Positions 37,364 through 51,349 of a stretch of DNA of 64,000 bases are shown piece by piece. Position 1 is the stretch's first letter, and every line of letters begins with the position of its first letter. Position numbers and translations under genes: made by a program. This stretch comes from Flectonema sp. DT1601 (Eukaryota), in contig OZ025781.1 of assembly GCA_964019425.1 (NCBI GenBank), positions 1,178,001 to 1,242,000 on the forward strand, given 5' to 3'. The notes under the pieces are model-generated. The model worked only from the letters and a program-made list of their open reading frames with translations, ran no database searches and was not told the DNA's origin.

Positions 37364-40300
37364 TTATGTCTTAAGACCTAATATACACGCAACACCTCTC
37401 TTTATCCAATGCGACTCCTCACACGAGATTGGTATCTCAAGAGTCAACACAAAGTTAGTAGAGTGTCCAGTCGTGGATAAGGTTCCAGCCCTGGCAAGAG
37501 TTTTGTACAAAGGACACTTATAACGTGATTCTGGAGGGACTCGATCTTGAACAGGTTGAAACCAAATTTCCGGAAATGAAGTAAACAACTCTTTTGGTCG
37601 AGACTCGATTAACGCAGAAGTAATTTTATCCCAACGAGCTCCTTCAACAAATAATCCATCGACGTAGACTCCGTGTTCAGGTTTCTTTGTCGGCCTCTCT
37701 GCCAACGGTATGGTATTAAAAGTAATCGTATCGATCGATACTTTCTGAGATCTCGCATAATTCTGTTTCGTCCCGGTAATGAAGGCTTGAGGGAAGTAGA
37801 ATCCAGATAACCAAAACACGCTCGGAATCCCCTTCTCATACCAGTCCTGTTTGGAGGGTTGTTTTTTTTTTTTTTTTTAATCATAACAAAAGTTCCCTCA
37901 CAGTATACAGTAAGTAAACCACGCACCTGTATAAATCTTACTCGTTGGAGGAGATCGACAACCCAGGCAGAGAGAGATTTCAGAGATGGATAAGCGACTA
38001 CGGACCATTTTACAGGTACCTGTTGGTTTGTTTTATTATGTTTTGTTTTTTTAAAGAAGAAACAAAAATAAAAAATTAAAAAAAAAAAACCAAACCTGAT
38101 TCATAAAAATGGAATTTCCCATCTCTTCCAAATCGGCTGCCATAACGACCTCTCCACGAAGAGCTCTGGTAAAGTCTTTTAGTGACTTTGCTGCAACTCG
38201 AAGTAGTTTGTTAAATCTGACAGCTTCCTGAACAAGAACTGTATTCATCGATTCATTGTATAGGACTGGGTACTTTTCTTGAAATCCTCTGAGATCGAAT
38301 TCAGGAGGAGTCTTTGAAAGAATATCCGTAGCAGTTTCCATTAAAATATCTTCACGTCGTTTACCTCCAACTGATGAGCCCCCTGTTTCCATTGACAAGA
38401 CTGTGTCTAACAGTAGAAATGAAGTCATTCTCGCTGATGTAATGTCCGCGTTGTCATGTAATCCGAACGTCTCAGGGGCTGCGTTGATCGGTCTGCTTTC
38501 TAAGTAATCCAAATAATAAGACCTATTACCCGATGGTAATGTTGAATACACTCCGCTAGGTGAGAATCTATAATCCAATTCCAATACTTTAGGTGACATA
38601 TAATCGTCTAAAAGTGTTGTTAAACAACGTCGATCCCAATCATCAGTCACCCGACCTCCGTAATTAACTTGTCCAGTAAGGAAGTGAAGAACGGGGAATG
38701 GAACTTCTTCATACATGTCGATAAACTTATGAAGTTGGCGATTACAACACTTCAAGTCGCTGTCATTAAACTCATAAGGGATGTTGAACCCAAGAGATCC
38801 ATAACCACGACGGTCTTGAATAACAGCGTGGAACAACCCCAATGAGAATAAAAGTCTTTTGAACTCTTCTGTTTTTGAACTACTGTCTAGCCACTCATCA
38901 GTGAATCCTGTGTATGATCTCGTGAGGTTGGCTCGAAGACCTTTCGGAGGTTCATTAGTCATTTTAACACCAATCTGCAATACCGAAACTGGAAAAGTCT
39001 TACTTGGCATACTTGTCAACCAAAGTCTAAATTCTCTCTTCATGGTGTCAGGGTTGAAATTTTCAATTACAGTTTCTAACTTTGGCATCCATGATGTTGC
39101 CAAGTGACAATTTTGCAATACCACCCAAGTACCTCTATCGATACCACCTGTTATTAATGCTTGAGCACGAGGACCTTGACCCTGACCAAGTGATATTGGA
39201 TGCATTTTACTTTGCATTCTCATCTTAGCTGCGAACTTTTGTAATTCATCCATAGGATCTGCTCCAGTTGAAAGAATAAAGATTAATGGTGTTGCTGGAT
39301 CAGAGTCTTTGTAAGAACTTTCTAAATCGAAGGTTGGAGCGATTATGAATTTTTCTGGTAAATATGTCGTGACGTATCTTTGAATTGCTAAAATGATCTT
39401 GTCAGCACGTAGAACTCTCACTAAAACAAGACGAAGGAATGGAGTGACCTTACTGTCCCAGTCGGGATGCATGGGTTCAAGGTGAGGCTCAAGAGAATCA
39501 AAGACTTTCTTGTAATGTTTGTGATGTAGTGAAAAGTGATCAGCAAATCCTTTACAACTTGTGAGATTACTATCAATGAATTGAATATCATCCCACGTTG
39601 CTTCTGTTAACCAATCTGGAGAAGGATTGATAAGAGAACCAGAACCCGTTGAACCTGTTAGTAAGAAACGATATTCAAGAGGATCAACCTTCCCTTCAGG
39701 TTTTATAATTGAAACACACAGACAGAATGAAAACATTAATTTATGTCTTTCGAATAACGATCTGCAAACATTCGTATAAAATGAGAAAGTGAAATATTCA
39801 ATCAAATTGCTCAACCTGATATCTAAATCGCTATCTTGTTCTGCCTTATCAATTGATGATATAAATAAATTTAAAAACCATTGTAAGCTGTACTGATACA
39901 TCGGATCTACAGATGCTAATGACGCAACACAAAAGAACAGCAGAGCAGCTCTAAACGCAACCGGTCTGTATCTATTTCTTGTTTCATCAATAACCTTTTC
40001 AGTCTCTTGAGCTTCTGCTACTGCTAAGTTGATTTCTTTTGATTTTACTTTACTTTTTTCAAGTGTTTCAATCAGTTCTTCGTTGTCTAAAATTTCTCCT
40101 TCACACTCCTGTAGCATCCGTAAGATGAGTGCCTGTAAGGAAGTCAATTCTTTCAGCATCGCAGCATTTTGTCTTGTTAAGCTGTTCTTCTGATCTTCTA
40201 AATCTTTTCTTTCCTTTCCAACTAACTTTCCTAAAAGTTGATCTTCAAGACCACCTGGAGTAATGTAAAAGTTTAGAAGCGAAACTTTAACGCTGGTTTC

Positions 40301-43300
40301 TGGAGCAAAGTGGGGATTTGGTAGTTTCGTAGTCATGTATAGTTTGAAATTAGAATCGTAAGGTATAGCGTTCTCTCCTAACTTCATCATAACACTACTT
40401 CCTTCTAAGTATGTTTGTTTTAGTAAGATAGGTTCAAGAAGAGGGTCTAGGTCTTCAAGCACGTTCTCTAACAGACACGACGCTCCCAATCGAATGGCTC
40501 CTTCTAGAATTTGTGCATACTTTGGATCTGAAACCTTTGCAGTTACCAGTGGTGGTCTGCCGCTTTGATTGTCCTTTCCTTCCATAGTTTTAATCCAGGC
40601 ATTCGCTTGACCCTGAGGATCTATGATTAGAGGCCAACGGGTTCCCTTTGCTAATATAATCGCGTTTTCGGTACTTAAAGTATCCGAAGGAAGTCCTTGA
40701 AGGTTCCATTGTTGGATTTGAACAGGGTTGCCACAAGTAGCGGAGAGGGATACATCATCGCTGTGAGGGATTTCGATTTTATCGAGTTCACGTGCCCATA
40801 ACTGAGTTATTTCATTTCTGTAGTCGGAAGTGTATGGACCAAGATAGGCGACATAACCAGAAGCGATAATTACATCTCCGAGTACGTTCTTTTCTTGTCT
40901 CTCATACATGGCAACCAGTTCTATCCATCTACTCTTCTCACCAGAGAGACCGTCGATCAGTCTCGCTGCTCTGTCAAGACGAGCCTCAGTTTGAGCGACT
41001 TCCGCCTGCAGTTCTTGTTGCTTTGCAATAGCTGTGTTGAAATTAAATTCCAGCTCAGCTATTTTTGATTCCACGGCAGCGAGTTTTTTACTCGTGATTT
41101 CTAATGCGTCTTCCACAACTCGGAGTTCTTTTTCTGCTCCTTCAAGTTCTCGCCTTTTTGGTTCAACTTCGAGGTTCACGTGGTAATAACGAAACATAGC
41201 ATGAACCCATTGACACATACCAGCACATGGAACGGAAACTTTCTTTACTTCGATCGGACTGAACTTGTCATCGTCGATGAATTTCTGAAGTTGTCCGATG
41301 AGTGTTTTTGACATTTTATCTGCTTCGTAGTTCAACATGAACTCGTGAAGTCCTGAAGCATCGCGGAGTTCTTCTCTAGCAGGAGTCCACCAATCTTCTT
41401 CTTTTTGTCCTCCCTTGTTGACTTTGTTAGCACCACGTCCTTTAACTGTTAAAACAGCCTGCATGACAAGCAGAACACCTCCCGGAGGAGAGGAATACTT
41501 TCCAACCTCTTGGAGATCTCTCACTTTTAGATTTCGAAGAATCTTTTTAGCCTCATCAAGTGCCGGTAGAGCTTCGTCAAGCATCTCTTGAGCTTGTTTT
41601 TTAATACCACTGCAAACCGCTGCTTTTTCTGAAGCAGCGGTTTCTTCGACCTTGGCAGCATCTCTGGCTACGTCTGCTTCTTCTTTATCGACGGATATCT
41701 GTTCCATCATTAAATTAACTTCGTCTTGTGTTTTAACGAGTTCAGGTTGTCTTGCTTGAAGAGTTACTTGGAGATCGCTTACTGTGTCTTCAGTTTCGTG
41801 GAGTTTTGTAAGACCGTTTAGAAGTCGTTGTTTGTTTTGAGTAGTCTCTTGTCTCTTTTCAGCTAACATTCTCTGAAACACATCTAACAGTCCGAGATAC
41901 GACGCAGGAGTTACATAAGTCTGTCTTCGTTTTTCAGTAAAAAACTTTATCGTCAACTCCTGAGATGATCTGTGTAAGATTGTGAACATTTTATTAACCA
42001 GCTGCATAGTTTCAGCTGTCCCTATGACACAACCAGACTTACAAAACGTATCTGTTGCGACACTACAAAGAGCCTCAGCAGGCCATGGGTCATACCAGTC
42101 TATTGTGCAACAGTTACTTAGACTTGGGAACTGCCTCATACGAGTTCTGAATGCCTCTCCGATTGGACTAAACGCCAATACGATGTGTAAGTTACGTCTT
42201 ACCTGACTAATAAATCGTGAGTATAAGGATAACTTTGTTGTTGGTAATCGTTCCGCCTGACATACTGATCTAAAGTAGTTGTGAATGTTGTCAAGTTCAG
42301 CTCCGTCGAATAAATTTGGTACGTCAGCCGTTCCTAACAAACTCGCAACATCTTCCATAAAGATTGGTTTTATTATTTGAGTATCAGTAAATAAGAAACA
42401 AGTTCCCTTATCTTCAACACCAGCATCGTTCATAAGACTTCTGAGTGATTCTTTCCAATCTGCTACGGTGAAAGATTTCGTAATCTCAAGATAAAAAACT
42501 TCCAACTCAGGAATGTATGTTGCCAATCTAGCAAGTGATTTCCTACCAGAACCACCAATCCCGAGAAGCAATGCGTGACCTGATGGCATCTGAAGAACTC
42601 TCGAGATCCGAGCAACGTGTTCAGCAGCGTCTAAGAATATTACTAGCGGCATAGCAGGTCTGGAACTGTCAGATGTTTCATTATAGTCTTGAAGATACTG
42701 TGACATTGATGTTACGAATGCATGCATATCAGTCACCTCATCATATACTCTAGACTCAATATCGGGTATCATAAAGTCACCATAGACAAGTCTTTCTGTA
42801 GTGATGATGTCTTTTAAACCATTTTCAACTTCAAAAGTATTTTTACACAACCTGTCTAACTCATCATTTAGAGTATTCCGATCTGCTACACAGATTAATC
42901 TATCTCTGAAGACTCGAATACACTCATGACACCATAACTTTATCATATTTATCGGAGTTGTTATAATACGTGGTTCAATGTTATAGATCAGAGTAAAGAC
43001 TTTTGTGATGTCTCGCAGATTAAACACATAGTGAACGTGATTAGGAGTTGGTAAAAAACTCTTACAAACGAAATGAAATAAACTAGTCGTCGCTGAAATA
43101 ATCTGAGGAATGATTTCCATCACATCTTGAGACAGAGAAACTGTTGCTAATCTTCCTTTCATCATAACTGTTTCGAATATTAACATTACGGATTCGTCAT
43201 CCATTTCTGGAAATGATACGATATTAAAGTGTCTTAGAAATCGATTTGTAACATGTTGGCGTCCACCACCAGGAGGACCCATCGAACATGTCAAAACAAC

Positions 43301-46300
43301 GTCAATAACTTCGTTATATTTAATTGGAGGAAGATAGTTATAAAACCCAGCGTGGTCTAAAAACTGCCTCAACAATTCAATTGGTGGTTGGGCTCCATAC
43401 TGTTCCTTGATTGGCATGTTGGCGTCATCAACGAATATTACGAAGGTCTTTCCAATTGAAGGCCCCCATGTAGTCGACTCAATTCCGTTTCTACGTTTTT
43501 CAACTTTTCCCATCAACGTATTCTGACATTGGTTACTATGAGTCTGAGCACTGAATGATAAAAAGATACCACTGTACTTCTCTGGAAGTCCTCCCATGAT
43601 CAGACTCTGAATGCCAACAGTTTTACCTGTTCCTGTTGGTCCAGCAGCAATCAAGTTCGATCCCCCCTTGATTAATAATTTACACAGAAAATTTGATCTG
43701 ATCGTGTCTTTAGTTCGGACAATGAGATCTCCGAATTTCGCTTTTGGATCGATCGTTACTTGAGGTTCAGTTGAAAGCCAATGTTTCCATCCTAACTCCT
43801 TGTCTTCATCCCATTCGTAATAAAGATCATACAAAGTGATTTGTGAACCTTCGTATTCAGTCGGTATTTGAGATAGTAGAGCCTCGTCATTCTCTGATAA
43901 CATTTTAGTTAAAAACTCTGAAAACTTAACTCTACCTTCACTGTTACAAGATCCACCAATTGACCAAACAATCGACAACAAGAAGTATGGCTTAATGGTT
44001 AATTCAACAGCCTGTATTATTTCATCACTCGGTTCGAGTCCCCCACAGAGAGCAACAAATTGAGAAATGAACCCATCCATGACACGGAATGCGGAGTCCA
44101 CAAGATTATTATCAACTGTAGGAACGTATTCAACACAATTTAATCTGATAAAGTCGATACACTTTGAGTAGTAGATGATGGATCTTTCTTCCAATAAAGT
44201 TGCGTATTTTGAGTACAGAGGAGGAAGCCTTTGAACCCATGACTTTATTCTATCAGCAGTCGGTGTACAAGACTGCGGTTCCATATAAATCATTCCACAT
44301 CGAGATACCGTAGCAGGAGACGCCACAGCTAAGTCTTCTACCTCGAAGACCATCGTCATACATCTCGACATTTGAATAATTTCACCACTTACTAGACAGA
44401 GTTTTTTATTATCATCTAAAACAGTATTCATCGATTCGATCCAAAGAGCGTCAACTGGACCATCAAATACGACCCATTGTTTAGCACCACTCGAGTCTTT
44501 AGCTGCTCTTCTGAATAGCACGCAGAGAATACCATCGCTCCATTCGTGAGTAGTCTCATCGTAGGCTCCGTAAAGTTGATTCATAGTGATGCTCTTTGGG
44601 TTGCAAATGTGTGTTTTTACTTTTGAATATTTCTTTGTTTCCGTAGTTTGAACTTTTTGATTTGCAATTCCAATCATCGCCTGTTGAAGAACCTTGTAGT
44701 TACAAGTCTTTCCACCTCCTGCCTGACCAACCAACATGAGTCCGTGACGTAAGACAGTCACTTCATAGAGTTGAACACATTTATGAATGAATTCAGGAAC
44801 CTGTTTTGGTTTGTTGTTGTTTTTTTGTTTTTAATAACGTTGTCTGGTTCACGTACTTGAGTGTACTCAGCATACCTGTTGCAGTCCAAACTTTTCAATA
44901 GCGCTTGCAATTCCTTGCATTAAAACTCCGTAGTCAACTTGTGGTAGTTTCACTCCAGGAAACAAGTCTGAAATAATGTTTTCAAACAAAACGATATCAG
45001 CTTTTAAAAATTTTGGAACATTCGAGTCTCTAAGAGATCGAAGTAGTAATTGCGACTCGTCTTCATTTGGTAATTCTCGTTTATTAATCCCCGCAGCAGT
45101 GATGACCGTATTCACAGCTCTCATTCCAAAATCGTAGTGGTCCTGGGTACTCAACTGTTCACTTGACAATTGAAAAGTTTGGTTCATTTTCTTACTCAGA
45201 GGACGTGCATTTCGATATCCGTATGAAAACAGTCTTATCTCACCAATTAAAGCATAGTCGGGAACCATGCATGCGACAGGTCTGAATAAAACCTTTAAAT
45301 TATCAGGTAACTCTGTTCTACCAGCGTATCCTGGATTCATTGTAATGAAGACAGCATGAGTTGGATCGACTACAATTTCAGATCCCTCGAATTCTATTCG
45401 GTATTGTTGTCGTTTTAAAGCTTCCTGGAGGTCGCTTACCTGTTTGATTTGTTTTGTTTTTGTTTTGTTTTTTTTAAAGAGAGAAAGGCACAAGTGGCTG
45501 AACATACCTGTTGGGCAACAACTGAAAGCACTTCAACATCAATTCTGTTAAATTCATCAAAACAAGCCCAGGCTCCAGTCATTGCCAATCCTTTAAAGAA
45601 CTTTCCCATTGCTCTGAAATCAAGACCTTCCTGACAATTAAATACAACGCATTGCTTCGCAAGTGCTTTTGCTAAATCTTTTGTTGTTTCGGTTTTACCA
45701 GTTCCGGCTGGACCTGCAGGAGCACCACCAAGACACAATGCAAGAGCTCCAGTCAGCGTTAAGTAAATTCTGTCTGTTAAAGGAGTAACTACTAATCTCA
45801 TGGTATTTCCGAGGTATTCACCTCCGTAGATAAATTCAGCATCGACTTGTCTGATTTTACATCTTTCATCAGAAGTGTCGTAGTAGTATCGAAGTTGTTT
45901 AATCCAATCAAAACTTGTGATTGAATCTGTTTTACTTGACAACATATTAAAACAAGTATCCTTAGCATGAACTTCTATAGTGATGAGTGCTCCCATGTTG
46001 ACACGTTGTCTTCTATCTAATGGTGACTGAACTACTTCAACTAATTCCAGTAGTTGGAGTTCACTCTTTTTAGCGTACTTCTCAAGACCAAGGATCCCTT
46101 CGTTGTTTAACGCTTCTTCAATTTCAAGAGTCCAATAGATCTGAGCAGCTGCGATGACGATTTGACCAGCGTGGTCAAGAACCCATTTTCTTCTTTCAGT
46201 TTCTACGTATGTAGTGTTAGCGATTGTTACTGCCTGGTGTAATCCAAGTTTCATTCCAAGTTCAATTTCACCCAACCAGACTTCAACATTGTTCAGTGGG

Positions 46301-49300
46301 AGGATTGGTTTTACGAATGATATCATTTCATCGTCTGAAGAGATCCATCCGAGCATTTCATTATCAGTTTCACCCCACTGAAGACAAGTCATGAATTCCA
46401 TTAATTTAGTTAAGTGATTGTCTACTGCTCTCGGATCTCTTGTTTGAGATAATATTTCAAGCAACTCCTCATCAGATAAGAAGTAAAATCTACCAAACAA
46501 TTGTCTCTTCTCACCGAGATAGTCGTTTAGACCTTTTTGAACGACTTCTAAATTTTTGTTGGCATCCACGAACTGGTCAAGAAGTTTATTTGATTTGGTG
46601 CAGAAGTCCATCGCGAATGGATTCTGACTCGCTTGTCCGAGAATCTTCCTCCAAGTTCTGTCAACTTTGTCGAATTTTTTCGCTAAAACTGGGAGTTGCA
46701 TTTGGATATCTTCAGCAGCGAAGATCGGCTGTAAGTACAACCATGCTCTCTGACACTCTAACCATTGTTCTAAGATTTCTGATACGAGAGAGAGTGCCTG
46801 ATCCCATTCCAATATCTGATCTTCAAAGTGAGCTTTAAAAGGACTGAATGACAATTGTTGAGTCAGGTTCACATCATCGTCTAGTCTTGCCTGAACATCT
46901 TCAGATCCTTTCATCATATAAGTCTTTGTTTCTTTGTAAGGTTCAATCTTGAAAGCAACATCCTTCCATTTCTGATACATTCCAGCCAAACTTGATTCAA
47001 TGCCGTGTTCCTTAGCAGCGACTTCACAAACTTTTATTATCGTCTCTTTGTATGTTATCAGATCGCGGTCTCTACAGTCCTGAAGAGTTTGAATTGAGTC
47101 TGCAGGACTATCAGGATTGAGAGTACCTGCGGGTAACCTTCCAGCTAATTCCTTCCAATGACGTTCTTTCATACCAGGATTTCTTAACGACTGAACAATA
47201 GGAACTAAAGGTGAAAAGTCTTGTAGCTGCATACGAATTTCGTCGACGATCTTAATTTGAGGTTTGTCGCGGAAGACTTTTCGTAAAGCTACCATCGTTT
47301 TCTCAGCTTGTTCGACGTTTTTCTTTAACTCGTCTGGGTCTAGTGTTACAAACGGATCCTTGTGCCAACCGTCGGTCCAATTTTGCCAATCGTTTGTTGT
47401 GATCCAGAGCTCAGCATACGGTTTGAATTCTTTACCTACTTCTAGGATTTGACGATAAGCAACAACCTCATCTCCGAATAGCTCTTGTTTTCTATTGAAT
47501 TCAGCTGACAGTTCTCTTGCGTCGTTTATTCTCTTCTGAAGAGACTTTACGTCAGCAGCCAACGAAGCAACGTTAACTTGTAAATCAGTTTGAGCTGAAA
47601 ATTTCTGAACATCTCTCGCGACTTTTTCAATTTCTTTTTTGAACGTATCCTGTTCTACGATCATCGCGTCGTGTAACTTTTCAGCTTCAGCATCAAGTCT
47701 TTTGGTCACAGCGTCGATTTGAAGTTCTAATTTTTTTGGCCAATAAATAGCATCCCATTTACCACGAAAGTCTTCATCAGTAAGTTGATACTGAAATTGT
47801 TCTAAAATGGAATAGAAGGTTTTCATGTCGTCAATCTTTGATAATAATCCTTCTGGGGAATGGACCTGTTCTGGTATTTCTTTTTTTATAAATGATCTCG
47901 TGTTGAATAAAGCTTCTACAGTCTGAGCTGGTCTTTGCATCATCGCTGATATTTTCGTGAATTGTTCTCGAATTGCTTTTGCTTTTTCCTTTGCTAAGTC
48001 TTTAATCAAATCTTCAACACATTTTTTTAACTCATCGTGTTTTCTCTCCATTGCAGTTCTGAAAGTAGTGCAGTCAACAAAGAAATTTCCAACTTCCATG
48101 TAGTGGGGAATTTCTTTTCTGACTTCTTTTTTTTTCCTTTCATGTTTTTTAATCTCTGCAGCCATCTCATCGGTCGGGTTTTTTGCGTCAGGATCGGTAC
48201 ACTGTGTCTGAAAATCACGTATATAAACAGCTTTATCAAGACAAATGATGTCTGTGTATTTTAAATATGTTTCTTTGTATTCTTGAAGTGGTGCGAGTGA
48301 TTTTCTAACAGCAGCAATAACTCGATTTCTCATCTCGACTACTCTTCTGTCAGTAGGGGAAACACTGTCACAAAACGGACCATTATCTTCAGGCCAAAAA
48401 TAATTTTGCATGACGTATTTCTCTAATTGCGGGATATTATGAATCGAAAGCACTGCTCGGTCAAAAAGATTGACCATTGTTTGTTCAAATTTTATTATAG
48501 GAGTGTTATAGCTGAAGTCACCATCTCTCTCAACCAACTCGAGTGTAAATAAAGGAGTTTTTTCAATCGCGGCTGGATCGTCACTGCCAGGCCATGAGTT
48601 ATGAACTATGTACATGTCCTTCACAGTGACTGAGAAGTTTGATACATCTTCAATAAATTCAGTAAAGCAAGTTATCGATTCAAGTACAAGAAAGTGAAGG
48701 GTGTCTTCCATCATGTATTTCACAGTTGTTAAAAATTTCTTTAATTTCGAAATGTCGTAAATTTCTTTATTCTTTTCTTCTAAATTAAGCCATCCCTTAC
48801 CCACACCAGCGATATGATTCACAACACAATCTTTTAAAAGTCTTTTCCAATCATTTTTTAAAAAGTGAACTCGTTCAGTCAGAACATCCTGTTGTAAACT
48901 TTCAAAATCCTGAAGACTCATGTGACGCTCTTTAGGAAACATAAATAACGGTTCCTTCAATACGTCTTGACAGGCTTCTCTAACTGCAGCAAGTGAGTTG
49001 ATTACTTCTGGTTGCGTAAAGTACGTAGAAAAATTAAAAGCTTGATTCCCAGCAATGAATTCCTGACGAGCTCCAGGTGGAACCGCGGCAACCTTCTCAA
49101 GAGCCTTTGGAGAAGTCATATCTGATGGACCTTGTTGAATATTAGACTTAGAAAGACCCCTGAAGATATCTGTTAAGTTATTTGCTTCTACATCAGTTAT
49201 TGATTCCAGTTTATGTTCAAGCATGACTCTGTTCATGCATCTGTTCCAATCAAGAGTGAATTCTTGGACTAATGCTTCTTCCTGGCTTTTAATATTCTTC

Positions 49301-50243
49301 CTGTCCTCCGCTGGCAATGATCTAATTTGTGTTCCCAAACGTGTTATTACTTCCAGGAGAGATGATTTTATTTTTGGTAGCTCATCCGTTGGCATTGAAT
49401 CGCAGCAGAGTTTGTATCTGATTAGATTAGTTTATTATGAGAGTCTTCGGTATCACACTTTACAGTCTACTATTTGTTAAACAAGAAATAAATTTCATAC
49501 CGTAGCCATTCAAGTGCTTGATTTCTCTGTTTTGAAGCCTTCACAAGTCTTTGAGTGTAGGGAGTTGGGTCTTCTGATAAAAAGTTAACAAGTAGTCGAG
49601 GAAGCCATGATGATTCTTCAATTTCAGAAGGTTTAGCACCCCAAAGAATTCGAAGTTTATTCGATTCTTTATTCCAATCAACAACTCTGCAGTAGTCAAA
49701 GGTCCACTGACTAGTCGTCTTGTCTTTATGAAGTGCTTTAGCTGGTAGGTAGAAATGAGTTTCTGGAGCATTATCAGGAACTCCATCATGTGCTAAACTC
49801 ATCCACTCATCAGCAGTGCGAGGATCAAATGAAGTATCGTCAAAGATCTCAAGTGGGAGAGTGAGACCTTCCCGAGTCCCAATCTCGTTGAGAGAGAGAC
49901 CAGCAATTTGACAAAGCCTTTCAATGTCTTGTGCTTCGTATTGTCGACGTTTTCTTTCCATCTCAATCTTTCGTGGAACTCTACCCCTAACATGTTCATA
50001 TGGTAGCAGTACTTTGGGTTCTAATGCCCTCGGAGGTAAATTGTCATAAAGTTTGTGGTGGGGAACACCAGAAGCCCTCGCAATCAAAGCGCCATCACCA
50101 GGATCGGTATGAGATCTCGGGGACTCGACAACTTCGTCTTCTTCTTCTTCCAATATAACTTGCGGAGGAGGTGTTTTTTGACTGCTTACCTTCGGTTTAG
50201 CTTTTGGCCTGAGTGTGCTTCTCAGCTTTCCGTTATTTCCCAT
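37364..50243 (-). CDS. DNAH1: Axonemal inner-arm dynein heavy chain, DNAH1-like; 6 exons
   Basis: P-loops [33 protein letters not shown]-terminal HWIKRGVA; N-terminal [13 protein letters not shown] and LPLEIFDD, which I recall as DNAH1-like (subtype less certain than family). Introns 49418-49500, 45440-45507, 44801-44875, 38020-38095, 37847-37926. Confidence 0.9.
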
Positions 50244-51349
50244 TCGTCAGCCCTGACTGCGACTCTCGGCGCAGACAGAACTTCCCCAATGTCCACCACT
50301 GTAATAAGAAACTGAATTAAGTGATTGAAATGAAGAAAGAAAGACAGAAAACGCAACAGACGTGACATAAGCGATAACTCATAAGTCAGTCAGTAGAATG
50401 CTCAGCACCTATTAAACACACCGAAGGGTTCTTTAATATCATTCTCTCGTATCTACATATCCCAACTCTGGAAGGGGGATAAAGAATTGTGAGGGTAATT
50501 ACTGAACAGAAGAGAAAAATAAATAGAAAGAGAAAGAAAAAAAAATATAAATAAAAAAAAATAAAAAATGAAATCAAAATTTAAAAACAATAAGCTACAG
50601 GCATATCTAAATTGAAATGAAAAAAAAAAAAAAGTACATATAAAAAAACCCCCTTCAGACACAGACGATTCTCAACATTATTGCAGCGGATAAATCCTAT
50701 GCGAGTGTTTCTTTTTTTGGATTATTAAAAATTTATGTTTTTTTTTTTTTTTTTTTCTGATGATGAGGTCACAGTTAAGTAACCAACCATCAATTAATAT
50801 ATAAATATAACCATAGAAGGAAAATTTTTTATTAAATCGGTTTTTTTTAGTGAGAAAAAAAAAAAAAAAAAAAAAAAAAAAAGGTACAAAAAAAATTAAA
50901 TAAAGAAGGAAAGAGGAGCACTCTATTCTCACTAGTTCCCCTTATAAATTTGTAATGCTAAAAAAAAAAACAAAAAGAAAACTCTGTGCTGTTTTCTGTC
51001 CAACAGTTTTGTTTATTTTTCTCCTCCGAGTATGAATATGGTTAAGTGAGTTTTCTGCCCTCCCCCAGAATACTGATTCCACGACTACTAGTAGGAGGAG
51101 GAGGAGGAAAAATAAAATAAAATAAATAAATCTATTTGGGGAAAAAAAAAAAAAAAAATTAAAAATTAAAAAACAATACGAACTAAAAATAAATTTAACA
51201 AAAATAAGACACCTTTTCCTTTCATTTTTTTTTTTTTTTTCTTTCTTTCTCAAGGAGCCCCACAGCTAATGGCGCCGTACAGAAACAAATACAAATTCCA
51301 CCACCTTTTAGTAATCAAGGGGTTGTGATAAAACACATGTCAACTTTTA